Below are positions 24,201-34,814 of a DNA stretch of 64,000 bases, in pieces. The stretch lies in the NCBI RefSeq assembly GCF_040938485.1, contig NW_027271094.1, forward strand, positions 248,001 through 312,000. Direction: 5' to 3'. Position 1 is the stretch's first letter; every line of letters starts with the position of its first letter. Below the pieces are notes generated by a model. That model was not told where the DNA came from. It worked only from the letters and a program-made list of their open reading frames with translations, and made no database searches. The stretch is from Diadema antillarum. Taxonomy: Eukaryota. The position numbers were made by a program, and so were the translations under genes.

Positions 24201-25184
24201 CTACCACACACTTTGGTCCCCAGGGAAGGTTTGCCTTGCCATGGGAAAGCACATCAGTGGAGATGAGTGTGGCAGTGAATGTATAGGATATCATACTGCC
24301 ATTGGAGCCTTTGATACCAGTGATACCTTCTGGCACAGATGCAGCTGTTGTCTTTGCTGAGCGATATGTCTGATGTGGCAGGACTACAAACAGTGGAAGC
24401 ATCCCTTGCCTATATTCAATGGTCTTGCTTTCGTTGTTTTGTTATTATCGATTCTGAATCTGTGGCAATTTTTATATGACAATCTGCTACAGATTCAGAG
24501 TTGATAAGAAAACAACTACTACAGCAAGATGAGTATATATAGGTGGTGGACGCTTGACATGCATCCCCTGTTCGTCGTCTTGCCGCATCAGGTGTATCAC
24601 ATAGCAAAGACAATAGTCTCTCCACATCAGCCGTTTAGTGTTACAGCAAAGACAATAGCTGCATCCTCCGCCTAGATTATAGGCAAGCATAGATGTGGTC
24701 AACATCACTCTGTTTTAAAAGTCACAAGATTTTGATAATGCCTCTGTATGGCTCACTGTAGATAGAGCAAGAGGGAATGATTATGAACAGTGCCCTGATC
24801 TTATTACCCAATTAGAGCTTCTTGTTGATTCATTCTGTTTGTTTGTTTGTTTGTTTGTTTAAAATTATATTGCCTTAAACCTCTTCCATTGTTATGCCAA
24901 AAGGCCCTTAACACTATAACATTGGCATAGCAGGGGAAGTTCTTTAAGGCCCTTCTGGCATAAGGCTGGCAATATTACCAGAAGCAGAAACCACGATTGT
25001 GGGTGTTACTGTTTATTTTTGGATTATTTTTTTTAAACCCCAGGTGAGTCGCAGAAGCTGGGCAGGGAACTCCAAGGCCAAAGAGACCATCTGTCGGGCC
25101 ATGGAGGAGGACCCAAACCTGAAGGTGACCATCCCCCATGAAGTGAAGGACCCCGCCCTCCTGGACAGAGTCCTCCGGGATTGA
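3976..25184 (+). CDS. UROC1: Urocanate hydratase (urocanase), complete, 18 exons, 2040-nt CDS, 679 aa
   Basis: Exons 3976-4101, 5650-5780, 6573-6666, 7475-7534, 8637-8765, 9492-9553, 10073-10139, 10620-10801, 11672-11722, 11894-11956, 12777-12956, 13616-13713, 14888-14969, 21288-21409, 21923-21993, 22998-23196, 23758-23939, 25044-25184. All GT-AG, phases compatible, one open frame ATG to TGA. Motifs YGGNGQ, GQMTAGSYCYIGPQG, SGLGGMSGAQ, DQTSCHN, GPFRW, RDHHDVSGTDSP, HNGGGVGWG. Confidence 0.97.
5650..5780 (+). CDS. UROC1: UROC1 exon 2
   Basis: LALQNALRYFPSSLHEELAPEFAEELRNYGHVYMYRFRPQMEM, donor GTAAGT. Confidence 0.95.
6190..6510. repeat. Degenerate (ATT/AAT) low-complexity tract
   Basis: Trinucleotide-like tatt/cat/aat repeats; similar tracts at 9185-9260 and 63425-63600. 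Confidence 0.8.
6573..6666 (+). CDS. UROC1: UROC1 exon 3
   Basis: AYPIDEYPANSRQAAAIMLMIMNNLDPRVAQ. Confidence 0.95.
7475..7534 (+). CDS. UROC1: UROC1 exon 4
   Basis: FPHELVTYGGNGQVFSNWAQ, donor GTGAGT. Confidence 0.95.
8379..8586. mobile_element. MITE with CTGTAAAAGTGG terminal inverted repeats, TA-flanked
   Basis: ta|ctgtaaaagtggatattttcgcg ... cgcgaaaatttccacttttacag|ta; degenerate relatives at about 22570-22790 and 46844-47091. Confidence 0.8.
8637..8765 (+). CDS. UROC1: UROC1 exon 5
   Basis: FWLVMYYLAQMSEEQTLVMYSGHPSGLFPSHREAPRVVVTNGM. Confidence 0.95.
9492..9553 (+). CDS. UROC1: UROC1 exon 6
   Basis: MVPNYSTRENYNRLFAMGVS. Confidence 0.93.
10073..10139 (+). CDS. UROC1: UROC1 exon 7
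   Basis: YGQMTAGSYCYIGPQGIVHGTT. Confidence 0.95.
10620..10801 (+). CDS. UROC1: UROC1 exon 8
   Basis: LTVLNAGRNHLGTSDLRGRVFLTSGLGGMSGAQAKAAAICGCVGVVAEVSKEALMKRHKQ, donor GTGAGG. Confidence 0.93.
11258..11410 (+). mobile_element. tRNA-derived SINE fragment
   Basis: A-box-like tagctcaacttgtagg, B-box-like ggttcaagtccc, followed by non-tRNA body gggcactttatcctcattgcttagt. Confidence 0.55.
11672..11722 (+). CDS. UROC1: UROC1 exon 9
   Basis: WVMEVIDDVDALIQRI, donor GTAAGA. Confidence 0.92.
11894..11956 (+). CDS. UROC1: UROC1 exon 10
   Basis: QARQAREAVSIGYHGNVVTV, donor GTGAGT. Confidence 0.93.
12203..12735. mobile_element. Tc1/mariner-pogo-like MITE
   Basis: ta|cagtcaaacctg ... caggttcgattg|ta; internal repeats of ttatagacaggtggccgcta. 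Confidence 0.75.
12777..12956 (+). CDS. UROC1: UROC1 exon 11
   Basis: EQLVSVYEATGELLVDLGSDQTSCHNPFNGGYYPVQLTFDQANDMMVTDPVRFKNLVQE. Confidence 0.95.
13363..13551. mobile_element. MITE, CAGTCAACCTTGC family
   Basis: agtcaaccttgc ... gcaaggttggctgta; same internal sequence (aaggtctttt(t)aa, ctcttctctttatattct, tccaaatagatt) as 59089-59248. Confidence 0.7.
13616..13713 (+). CDS. UROC1: UROC1 exon 12
   Basis: LRRQIAAIDRLSSLGIYFFDYGNAFLLEASRA. Confidence 0.95.
13766..14565. mobile_element. hAT-like non-autonomous element
   Basis: Termini caggcctcgaatta / tatttcaaggcctg, subterminal tgccc(t)ttt repeats; no 8-bp TSD found. Confidence 0.55.
14888..14969 (+). CDS. UROC1: UROC1 exon 13
   Basis: ANIQAETDGASAGNRFKYPSYVQDIM, donor GTAAGT. 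Confidence 0.95.
14996..15118. mobile_element. Harbinger-like MITE
   Basis: gggcagtgtttcatgaa ... ttgatgaaatgccccc. Confidence 0.5.
15206..20560 (-). pseudogene. Decayed, intron-containing DNA transposase (Sola-like, DNCxGQNKN family) in UROC1 intron 13
   Basis: Exon-like blocks about 20560-20013 (acidic N-terminus, YTYNGQRICTDMFRFL), 18078-17798 (FTEENAVFLPGRIPGYKSLDVKLLPSS, two in-frame stops), 17372-16950 (CWQCH, QQVHFPSNPLQPGPMYFLTPRK, frameshifted at poly-C runs), 16836-16491 (DNCAGQNKN, FLLAGHTKFSP), resuming at 15261-15206 (NVPQLVGDNAGNQMVPVY). Superfamily call rests on motif recall; TIRs not found. Confidence 0.75.
15266..16490 (-). mobile_element. 5'-truncated CR1-type LINE (reverse transcriptase 3' half), frameshifted
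   Basis: YLDYRKAF, SGIPQGSVLGP, FADDTK, W..KWKLQFN..KC, EKDLGV, LEKVQQRAT, RRQR..V, WNSL; (AAGTA)-type tail near 15266-15295; GTTT repeated at both junctions. Confidence 0.92.
21288..21409 (+). CDS. UROC1: UROC1 exon 14
   Basis: DIFSLGFGPFRWVCASGDPNDLSMTDEIATNVLEDFINAG. Confidence 0.94.
21923..21993 (+). CDS. UROC1: UROC1 exon 15
   Basis: PESTELQYEDNIRWIKEAGNHKL. Confidence 0.93.
22998..23196 (+). CDS. UROC1: UROC1 exon 16
   Basis: VVGSQARILYSDQRGRIAIALAFNEAVREGKLRGPVIISRDHHDVSGTDSPYRETSNIYDGSAFCA. Confidence 0.96.
23758..23939 (+). CDS. UROC1: UROC1 exon 17
   Basis: MAIQNVIGDSFRGATWVAIHNGGGVGWGEVINGGFGMVLDGTNEADQRAKKMLAWDVSNG. Confidence 0.96.
25044..25184 (+). CDS. UROC1: UROC1 exon 18 (terminal)
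   Basis: VSRRSWAGNSKAKETICRAMEEDPNLKVTIPHEVKDPALLDRVLRD*. Confidence 0.95.
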   Translation: MSRRSWAGNSKAKETICRAMEEDPNLKVTIPHEVKDPALLDRVLRD

Positions 25185-25630
25185 TGAGCGGGCGTGGCCA
25201 GAAGGATGATCAGTGTGAGAGGAATGGTTTCTTTGATAAGATATTTGATAAGAATAGACACAGTAGCTTGAAAGGATCTACGCGAGTAGAGGCAGATTGA
25301 AAAGATTTACTGTACAGTCAAACCTACCTGTTGTCAAATTGACTGATAGTAAAAGCATCCAAACTGTATACGGGCAGTTTAGGTTTGGGGCAATAATAGC
25401 GAGTTCACACACTATTCCAAGTTACATTGTTTTTCCATTAACAGGTTTTTAATGATCCTATACGTAAGTTGGAATTGTAATTTTTACCTTTACATCCAAG
25501 TCTTGTCTGAATGGTCTTCCTTGTGTGAATTGCTTCATTCATGTCTTTTATGATCATATGCTATAAAGAGTTAGGTTTTGATCTTTGTAAATTCTACAAC
25601 CTCGTTTCTGTGGCATATTCATTTGCTGGA

Positions 25631-25731
25631 GTGATCAGTGGACATTTTAATGCATTTGTTGTAGTGGTCAGTGGACATTTTAATGCCTTTGTTGGAGTGG
25701 TCAGTGGACATTTTAATGCATTTGTTGTAGT
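25631..25731. repeat. Three copies of a 33-bp tandem repeat
   Basis: gtggtcagtggacattttaatgcatttgttgta with minor variants. Confidence 0.9.
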
Positions 25732-27738
25732 TTTTATCTGCCATAGATCATGTCATACTCTCTTGATTGGTAATGCCTCATTTGCATATCATCATTGAAA
25801 TGTAAATAGAATTAGATTAGTGTAAAGAAAATATGGTTTGTTGCACCGTACAAGTAGAAACCCTATGTATAAAATGTAGCACAAAAAATTGAAGGGTTTT
25901 TTGTATAGAGTGTTGTTATCTTTATGATATGAATGATTCATATTAATTTGTTCATGCAGTAGTAATGATAAGCAGGATATTTGTGATCTGTTAATACGTT
26001 TCTCTGAGGAAGCCACAGACATTAAAGCTGAGTAGACTCCCAACTAATTTGATTTGGCTGAATAAGGAAGATAATGAATTAAATAAGTGAATAACTGACT
26101 GAAAGACAAAAGACTGATTTTAAAGAATGCATCAACAGGCTGAACTTTTTCACTTATGTAAGTGTAAGAGATTTGTGTATAAAAATATTCCTATAACCCT
26201 GCAGTATTTTTATTTCTGACAATCCACTCCAATATGATTTGATTTGTGACAATCTATTTTGTATACAAAGACTTTAAATATTTGTATATGCATTCCACAT
26301 ACCCATTCCAGCACCATTGACTATAATAGCATGTTTTCTATGGTACACCTGCATTTATTAGCATGACTGCTGTGATATTTTCATGTGCTTTTACCTGTGT
26401 GCTGCGTTGCATATGTGCACAGTTTTAATTCTTGAACTGCCATATCTGTCATTCACTCTTTTGTGAATAGTTGTGACCTTCTTTACAAAAAGTGCTCATG
26501 AGCCTGGTGTGTTTTTGGGGTTTTTTTTCATTTAATGAGCAACCCAGATTTTCAAGTGGCATTGTACAGAATTGTAATAACATTGCTCAGAATTGTAGCA
26601 AAGCTTTTCACCTGCTGCGTCAGATGAAACATGTCACACCACAAAACATGCTCAAACAGACAAACTTCCATATATAACAAAGAGGTGATGTATCACCCAT
26701 GTAACATTCATCATTTATTTTTTGTTTCAGTGCTTGTGCCATCTTCTGAAATGCTCTCCTCCTACAATTGCATTACTTGGACAATGTTCTATGAGTGCTA
26801 TTATAGTCATAGGGATGACTACACTGGACCGACATTCTGTCAAAGAAAGCCACCAGTAAAAATCAAACCTGTAAATATAGAATATCACATCAAGTGTGAA
26901 AGATAAATGTGAATTCAAGTTCTTCCAGTGTCATGTCCTTGAATTCAAAATTCTTGTCTTCTGCCCAAATGAGAAAGACTATCTCTGTCAGTTCAGTCAG
27001 CATGCTGTCTGTGTACAGAGTGTTTCAGGTAAACAAGCCCCTCATTTCTTCATTCCTTTTATAGTGTCATTTACTCTTTGCCCGTTAGTTGTATATGTCA
27101 TGCATTTTTCTGAAATATGGCTGATGATGGAATCACGCCGTGCCTTTGAATAAACCTCTATTTTCTTACATTTCTGAAATAATCATCTTACCATTGATGG
27201 AAATGACTTTAGAGAGCTCCTTTTGTCCTCTCACAATTTATTATTCACTTTGTTTGTTATTATTATGATGGTTATTTGTTGGTGTTTTTTTTTTTGTTTT
27301 TTTTGTTTTTTTTGTTTTTTTTTGCAAGTGTGTGGCTGATCGGAATTTATCCAATGACTTTGCTCAATATTCCCCAGACATTTGTGTTACACATGCTGAT
27401 GAGTACCAGTACTGTCTGTAGAGATTATTTGTACCAAGTGAAATGGTGGCCTCATCAGACACATTGAACCATGAGATGGTTGGCCTTGTAGATTAGCTGT
27501 TGTTGCAGACCAAGCCTGCATGGCAAGCACATGAATGAGAATAGACATGTTTGTGACAGGTGTATAGAGGCCATCAGAGTGGGGCTGTGACTCAATCAAC
27601 ACATGTTTATACAACGTATGCCAGAAATAGTACATGTATTCCAACTTATACCGGTGAGTCATCACTGATGTGAATTCTACACTTGGTCCCTAAAACTAAG
27701 CACAAGACTCATTCCCAAGACTCTTCAGGGAATAATAT

Positions 27739-27986
27739 CAGGGCTCAACACTGACATTTTTCTTGTGGTGGCCCATTCAGGCCGCTAAAATCTTTAAATC
27801 TGAATTGCTGTTGGCCCAAAAAAGAAATGTAGTGGCCCAAAATAAATGGGAACATACCAATTAAATTTTGAATTTTGAGAACCAGATTGGGCCACAGAAA
27901 GATGGCTTTTTGGAAATTTGATGACATGACATCAATTTTTAGTGGCCCCAGTAAGGCCACTGGGGCACTGCTAAAGTCAGGCCCTG
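27739..27986. mobile_element. hAT-like MITE
   Basis: cagggctcaacact ... aaagtcaggccctg, internal tggccc repeats. Confidence 0.55.
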
Positions 27987-28333
27987 TGATTTTTACCTAA
28001 AAATGGTTGTTTACATTGGTCTTCCTGTTTGTGTATGCAGAGATATCTTTTCTACACAAAATAAAGGGCTTTGATGTCCATATCTGTACTTGCTGTCCAG
28101 TGATTTGATTTTTAGTTTGACTTGAATGTTTGGTAGTTGTTGAGTGCTTGTGATTTACATTTTACTTGAATTTGAACAAAGGACACTGTTGTTAGAATTT
28201 AATGATAGTGTTGCGAAAAAGGGGAGAAGTGAATACCTCAAATGTGTCACATTAAAACAAGGACACACTTCACAGTAATACAGTGTATTTCAATCGATCA
28301 AATCTTCACATCTTTTTTTTTCTCCATATATAT

Positions 28334-29013
28334 ATGTGTGACCGTGCATCACAAAATGAACAAAACGTCGCACACACTGATTTTGCATGAGGACTGAAAA
28401 TAGGTGAAATGGGTCAACCTAGCTGATCTTGACTTTTTCATATTTTCTGAAAGAGTAAGTCTTCTTCTCCATTATGTTAAAATTTTGGATCATAAAACGG
28501 TCAGGAAAGTGAATAGCAGTTTATCTCGAACATTTTTGGTAGAATATTGTGATTAGATGTGTCTTTAGAGTCCAATTTTCATTTCTGAGAAACCTTGCAC
28601 ACACTCTTCACTTTCAACTCTAATAACTTTTGAAAGGATGACACTACTGCTTTGAAAGTTGGTGTTAATTATGGACATAGTGTGTTTATAAGGCATGATC
28701 AATTTCAGTTCAATTTAATAATCCCTTCATTTATACTCGGGAGGTTTACTTCCTGTATTTTGTCCCATTCATCGCACAGGCAGCAAGGCTTGGTAAAGAT
28801 TAAGCGTTTGAATACACACTGTACTCCGGAGCCTCTGTTCTCAGTTCACACTTGTCCTGAGTGTGTGCTTTCTTTCCAATATTTATATAGGTTAGGAGAA
28901 TCCATTTGAATTGATTTATACATCATTTTAAAGCTTAGGGTCTGCTCTTTCAGAATCTGCCCTTAACTAAAAATCCATGTCTGGCGACTTTTTGTGTGTT
29001 TTGTGGTGCAGGG

Positions 29014-29020
<7 letters not shown>
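28334..29020. mobile_element. Non-autonomous DNA transposon with TIRs, adjoining a (TA)n tract
   Basis: tgtgaccgtgcatcacaaaa..gtcgc versus gcgac..ttttgtggtgcagggtcata; (TA)n at about 29017-29060. Confidence 0.65.
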
Positions 29021-29067
<47 letters not shown>

Positions 29068-30582
29068 GTATATATATACCGTCTTTCATTGAAAGCATTT
29101 AAAGGAATTCCGGACCAGAATAGAAAGAGTAAAATATGGCAAGCACAATAGTGAAAAATTGATCAAAATTGGATGAAAAGTGAGGAAGTTAGGAAATTTT
29201 AACGATTTGCTATTTTTGCACAACAATTCTTGAACAGTTGATATGAACATGTACAAACATGAGTGAGATGATGTCTTCATTCACCTCAAGTTTCCATTGA
29301 TCATGTACCAAAATATAGGGGAAATTCAATTTTATGTTATTCCTGGTTGAACAACTTCAAAATAATGATCAGTCAGACATATCAGGATTTGAGACTGGGG
29401 CATAATTGCATTTGGTAAAAAAACTGGAAATTTCATGATTGCATTTACATGTTTTTTGTGTGTATGACACATTTTGAGGGGATGACATCATCAATTCACT
29501 ATTTGCATATACAGTGGAAATTCAATGTAAAGAGATCTGATATAACAAAATACTTGATATAACAAACAAATTGAGGACAGGCTGATTTTGCTACAACACA
29601 CATTTCCCATAGATACTTGCCTGAGTATACATGGGACTCATCTGTAACAGGTTAAATTTTCATCCTATTTTGACTGAACTTTTACTGTTGTGCTACTGTA
29701 CTTGAATTTTACTCTTTCTTTTTAGGCTAATTTTATTTGTCCTGGATTTTCTCTTTAATGATTACTTTCAATGGGAATACCTTTTTTCATTTCTACCATG
29801 ATGATGTGCTAGTAATCAACAAAAAGCTTTGATATGCAATGATTTGTACAAAACTGCCTGTAAGCTGTAAATCACTTTATAAACCATTTTCTTCTCAAGA
29901 AATGTACATGGTTGTCTGCATGCAACTTCCATGACAGGAAAAGGCTTACAAACTGAACAAAGACCAGCTAACAATGAGAAATTTAATCTGAAAGCAAAGT
30001 TTTATTACTACAAGGAAGGCATGAACACATAGAATAAGTCTTGAGAGTGTATACTGCACTAAACTACAGGGTATATGATACTATGATACATCACAGCAGT
30101 TTTCTATTTTTTTAAAATCAGATACATTGTACTTCATAAGTCATTGCTAACTATGCAAAACACTGGAAGACTTGAAATTTAATATGAACCTTCAACATCA
30201 AAACATTTCACTACTAATAAGGTTTATGTTCATGTACTGTTTTCTTTTTTTTCTTTTTTAATGACTCTGACAAAAGGATGCATGTCAACATGCATATTAC
30301 CAAGTAAATTGACTTGCACACTGCAAAATACAGTTAGAGTGAGAGGTAAGATATATTGTTTCCAAAGTGTGAAAATGAAAATTAGTGATGCACAGCTGAA
30401 GACTATTTAAAATGTAAATTTTCAGAATGTCAGTTATAGAAACACTTGTAATGGGTCCCTCAGAGTAAACAGAAATGAAATAATTTGACTGTGCCAATGA
30501 AATGCATGTATGACTTTTCAGAAAGTAACCACCGCTAAATTTCAATTAAGAAGAAATAAAATGGAATTTGATTTTTGCTGCA

Positions 30583-31147
30583 AAAGGACAAGTCCACCTT
30601 CATACACATGTGGATTGTGTGAATGCAATAATATTAGTAGGACACATCGGTGAAAGTTTGGGGAAAATCGGACAATCCGTTCAAAAGTTATGAATTTTTA
30701 AAATATCTGCGCAGTCACTGCTGGATGAGAAGACTACTACAGTGTATGATGTCAAATGCGTACAATGATATAAAGAAAATAAAAAGAGAATTTCACAAAA
30801 CTTTACTTTTTTAATAAAGTGCACATTTCTTCGACTTGTAACTGACGTATGTTAAGGGTAATATTATTCCCCCTGCCTTCTGAAAGAGAGAAGTCGAGTA
30901 TTCTTTTGTTATGGGAGAAAAGTGAAAATATGTAGAATTTTCTTTATTCTTTCTTTGTATCATTGTACACATGTGACATCACAAGGTATAGTAGTCTTCT
31001 CATCCAGCCGTGACTGAGCAGAAACTTCAAAAATTCATAACTTTTGAACGGATTGTTCAATTTTCCTCAAACTCTCGCTGATGTGTTCTACTATTGTTGC
31101 TGCATTCACTCAACCCACATGTCTATGAAGGTGAACTTGTCCTTTAA
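30583..31147. mobile_element. Foldback MITE with long TIRs (Kolobok/TTAA-type ends)
   Basis: aaaggacaagtccaccttcatacacatgtgg ... ccacatgtctatgaaggtgaacttgtcctttaa; arms include the inverted pair ctggatgagaagactactac / gtagtcttctcatccag. Confidence 0.8.
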
Positions 31148-32539
31148 TTTCTTGTAACAATACATAATGCCCTCAAAAGTACTATGTATACTCTCAAGGC
31201 CATTACTTACGACACATATTATTGTAAACTACTGTTCTGCTTTACAAGACTTTGGTAAACCTCATCTAAGTTGACACTCATTGGACCCAATTAAAGATAA
31301 TACGAAGATGTATGCATAATATTGACTCATGCAGAAGTCTACAAAATGACAAAAGAAGATAAATGAGAAATTCAGGATTTCTCAATTGCTTCATACTAAG
31401 ATTTGTTGACTTGTGCAACATTGACTTATTAGTTGACTTTAATGTTGTTGACCAATATGAGATTTTCCAAATATGCATTGCTTTCAGTACACAATGTCAC
31501 TACAAAAAAAAAAAAGAAAGAAGAGAAATTAGTCTACGCAAAATTGATTTCAGCAGGATAGGACAGTCTATATACCACACGTTTCTCTGTTCTCATTAGA
31601 GTGAGCTGGTATCACAAGAGGTACTCACTGGATGATGAAATGTATGCACAACAAGACATTTACATGAACAAGGTAAGCTACTTACGCTGTTTGCATTGAT
31701 AAGCATATCGAAAGAACAAAAACATTGCGTCAGGCAGAAGAACATAGTGCAAGAGATACACGGCAAATTCCTATGCTAACAGATTGCGTATCATACTAAA
31801 TTTATGCTCCTAAGAAATTTTATTAAACACCTTTGTCACTAAGCTAGGGCTACAATCGACATACTGGTACTAAAATTGACACTCATGCTATGTACACTTT
31901 CAGAAGATTGCTCGCTATTATACATTTAATTTTTCTGATGTATTCTATAATTTTACTGATATTTTACCCCAAGTATCTAGTAACATACCGCTGTACCTGT
32001 ATAAAATCAATGTATTTAATTATTACTTATAGAATCAGGGGGTCCAATCCAGTAGTGCATTCGATGTTGGTGAGGGTGGGGGGCTGACTAATAGGAAATG
32101 CCTTTGTTATACGGCTAAGACTATTCATACTCGCAAACTGTTCTACTATGTGAAAACATTACAGCAAACTTATTCTCTCAGTTGGTGCATACACTTTGTG
32201 CTGAAGGACTATATTGTACTTCACAACAAAAGTACGGGAAGGTACAAGTGTAGCATGGATTGACACATATTGACACATTGACACACTAATACGGCAACCA
32301 TGCACTCCCTTTATATTGTACTAGAGTACCAAAGTGTGATGTCAGAGCAGTTCACTGCCATGGAAACTTGTTCTAAACTACCTCACAAGGCTAGAGTTGT
32401 AACCCATTGAGGATGGACTGATTTTGCTATAACACACATTTCCCATCACAGACACCTGCCTGAGTATTCTCGGGACTCGTCTTCAACAGGTTTATAATTA
32501 ATGAGCACACCTGGTTCTAACCAAAGCTATAACTTATAA

Positions 32540-32896
32540 CCTCAGGTCCACCACACATATTGTGCTAACTACCCCAAGAACCCAAACAACAGCCGGACAT
32601 AGTGCCTTCAATATTACAGCACCTCAATTTTGGAACAGTCTCCCTACAAATGTCCAATCAGCAGTTAACTCAGATCAATTTAAAAAACTGTTGAAAACTT
32701 ATTTGTTCTAGAAGTAAGGCCTCCACTGCTAGTGATCTGACAAGTGTAAAGTCATTGTTAAGTGTAAAGTCATTGTTTATTTGTTTTGCTTTGTACTTTC
32801 TCTGTTTTGTTTTGTAAATACTGTTGATTTTTTGCATTTTGTAACAATTGTTGAAGCGCTTTGTGTCTGTTTAGAAAAAGCGCTACATAAATATTG

Positions 32897-32979
<83 letters not shown>

Positions 32980-32980
32980 A
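32540..32980 (+). mobile_element. L2-type LINE 3' end with (TTA)n tail
   Basis: PRTQTTAGHSAFNITAPQFWNSLPTNVQSAVNSDQFKKLLKTYLF*, then aagcgctttg..aagcgctacataaat and (TTA)n at about 32898-32977. Confidence 0.8.
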
Positions 32981-33094
32981 AAAGACTGTGACATCATCAC
33001 TTTGGTCCTCCCTCTACAGTAAATGCCAGTTTTTATCAACAGCTGCCAAGGTTGAATTATAAACTTTCAGCTGTAGCTGGTGCAGTATGTTCTA

Positions 33095-33221
33095 GGCCCC
33101 GTTTCATAAAAGATGTTAGGATGGCAACAGCCAATCAGGAAGCTGGATTCTTGTCGTTACCATGTCAATTGCCATTCCAGCAAGAGATGTCATAGTATCA
33201 ACCTTTTATAAAGTGGGGCCC
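33095..33221. mobile_element. Harbinger-like MITE
   Basis: ggccccgtttcataaaa ... ttttataaagtggggccc; near-identical core to 52989-53147. Confidence 0.7.
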
Positions 33222-34632
33222 TGGTCAGCCTTGCACTCAGCCAAATTCTACATCAAAATAGCCTCTTATAAAGACTGTTTATAAAAGATGAAAATAATTC
33301 AGACCTCCCAACCTTTCTGACTGAAAAAAAAAATAGGGATGATTTGGCTCAGAAGTAGGAAAAAAGGAGCAATTCCAAGAGGAGTAAAAATAGGAAAATC
33401 CTATTGAAACAAGAGGTGGGAATGGTCAAAATTCAGATTCTTTGCTAAAAAATTCAGAATGGTTGGGAGGTCTGATAATTAATCCCTTAATATGTCTACT
33501 GGACACTGGCTGAAAGGTCACAAATCTGATGAAATAAACTTCTTTGTTGACCTTAAATCTATCTCAACACTGTCATACTTCATGATCAGCAAACACTGGT
33601 TGTTCCAAGTTAGTTTCTCTTTAATAATACAAATGTTCCATGAGGCTATACATGGACAATCAGCTTTAACTTTGTCATTTATACATAATTCATGATATGC
33701 ATAAATGCAAATTAACGGTATATACAAGTTATACCTCATCCACTCTGTTTAATGGTGGTCAGGCAAAACATGAAAGTACACAATGTATGTCCATTTTCAC
33801 ATTTTAACGTAAAATCAAGGTGGTCATTGGAGCAAATGTGTGACAAAAAACAAACAAACGACAAATCCACACAGAACTTCACTTTCAACCAAACAGAGGT
33901 CTGTCTAAATCAAGCAATGATGAACTGCAAGCAGTAGATGAAACAAATTTTGAATGACACCTTTTCTGTAACTACAGAATGCAATGAATCATATTACAAA
34001 ACTTTTTCGGAGTTTCTAAAATCAGGAAGACTTGAGAACCTGAATAGATCATCAACACAAACACAAACACACCCACACCCACACCCACAACCACATTCAC
34101 TCACTCACCCACATACATGCACGTGCATGCATGCAAGAACACTTCTTTCAATTATATTTTTCGAATTCCATTTGATGTCACCATCATTTTCACAAAACAC
34201 ACACACACACACACACACACACGTGATATTTCCAATAGTCAATTTCATGTCAATTTGACCGTTACCTACGATATTCTGAGCCTGTAGAATAGCTTCTCAT
34301 GACCAACTTGATATACTTTTCCATTATAATCCATGTTATTGATATCAAATGCTCATCCTGATAGCTATCTTTGAACACCATTACCAAATTTAGACTAAAG
34401 AAAGCACCTGTTGAGTCACATGCCAAATTATGATTATCTAATTATAGGCACAGGATCATTACATATGGAAGAAAAGAAGCGTGAATAAATGTCACATTTA
34501 CTTGAAACTGTGAACTGTGACTGACATGAGCCAATAGTTTCCTTCAAATACACACATTAATTTACTCTTTATCTGATTGGAAGACATGATGAAAGTGAAC
34601 AGTAATGAAAAAAGCACACCACATCAAAAACT

Positions 34633-34814
34633 GGGTCTGTTTCATGAAAGTCTTATGAGAGACTTTCCCTCAAACATAAGACACACTTATGAGAAACTTC
34701 CTGAATTGGAGTTTATTTCTCTGTGGAAGTCCCTCAGAGAAACAGATGAGCCACTTTGGCTATTCTGAGATTTAAGTAAAGACTTTCATGAGATAACTTC
34801 ATGAAACAGACTCC
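34633..34814. mobile_element. Harbinger-like MITE
   Basis: gggtctgtttcatgaa ... ttcatgaaacagactcc. Confidence 0.65.

Noticed and set aside
32770-33062. Poly-Ile and poly-Leu ORFs
   Set aside because: Translation of the (TTA)n LINE tail.
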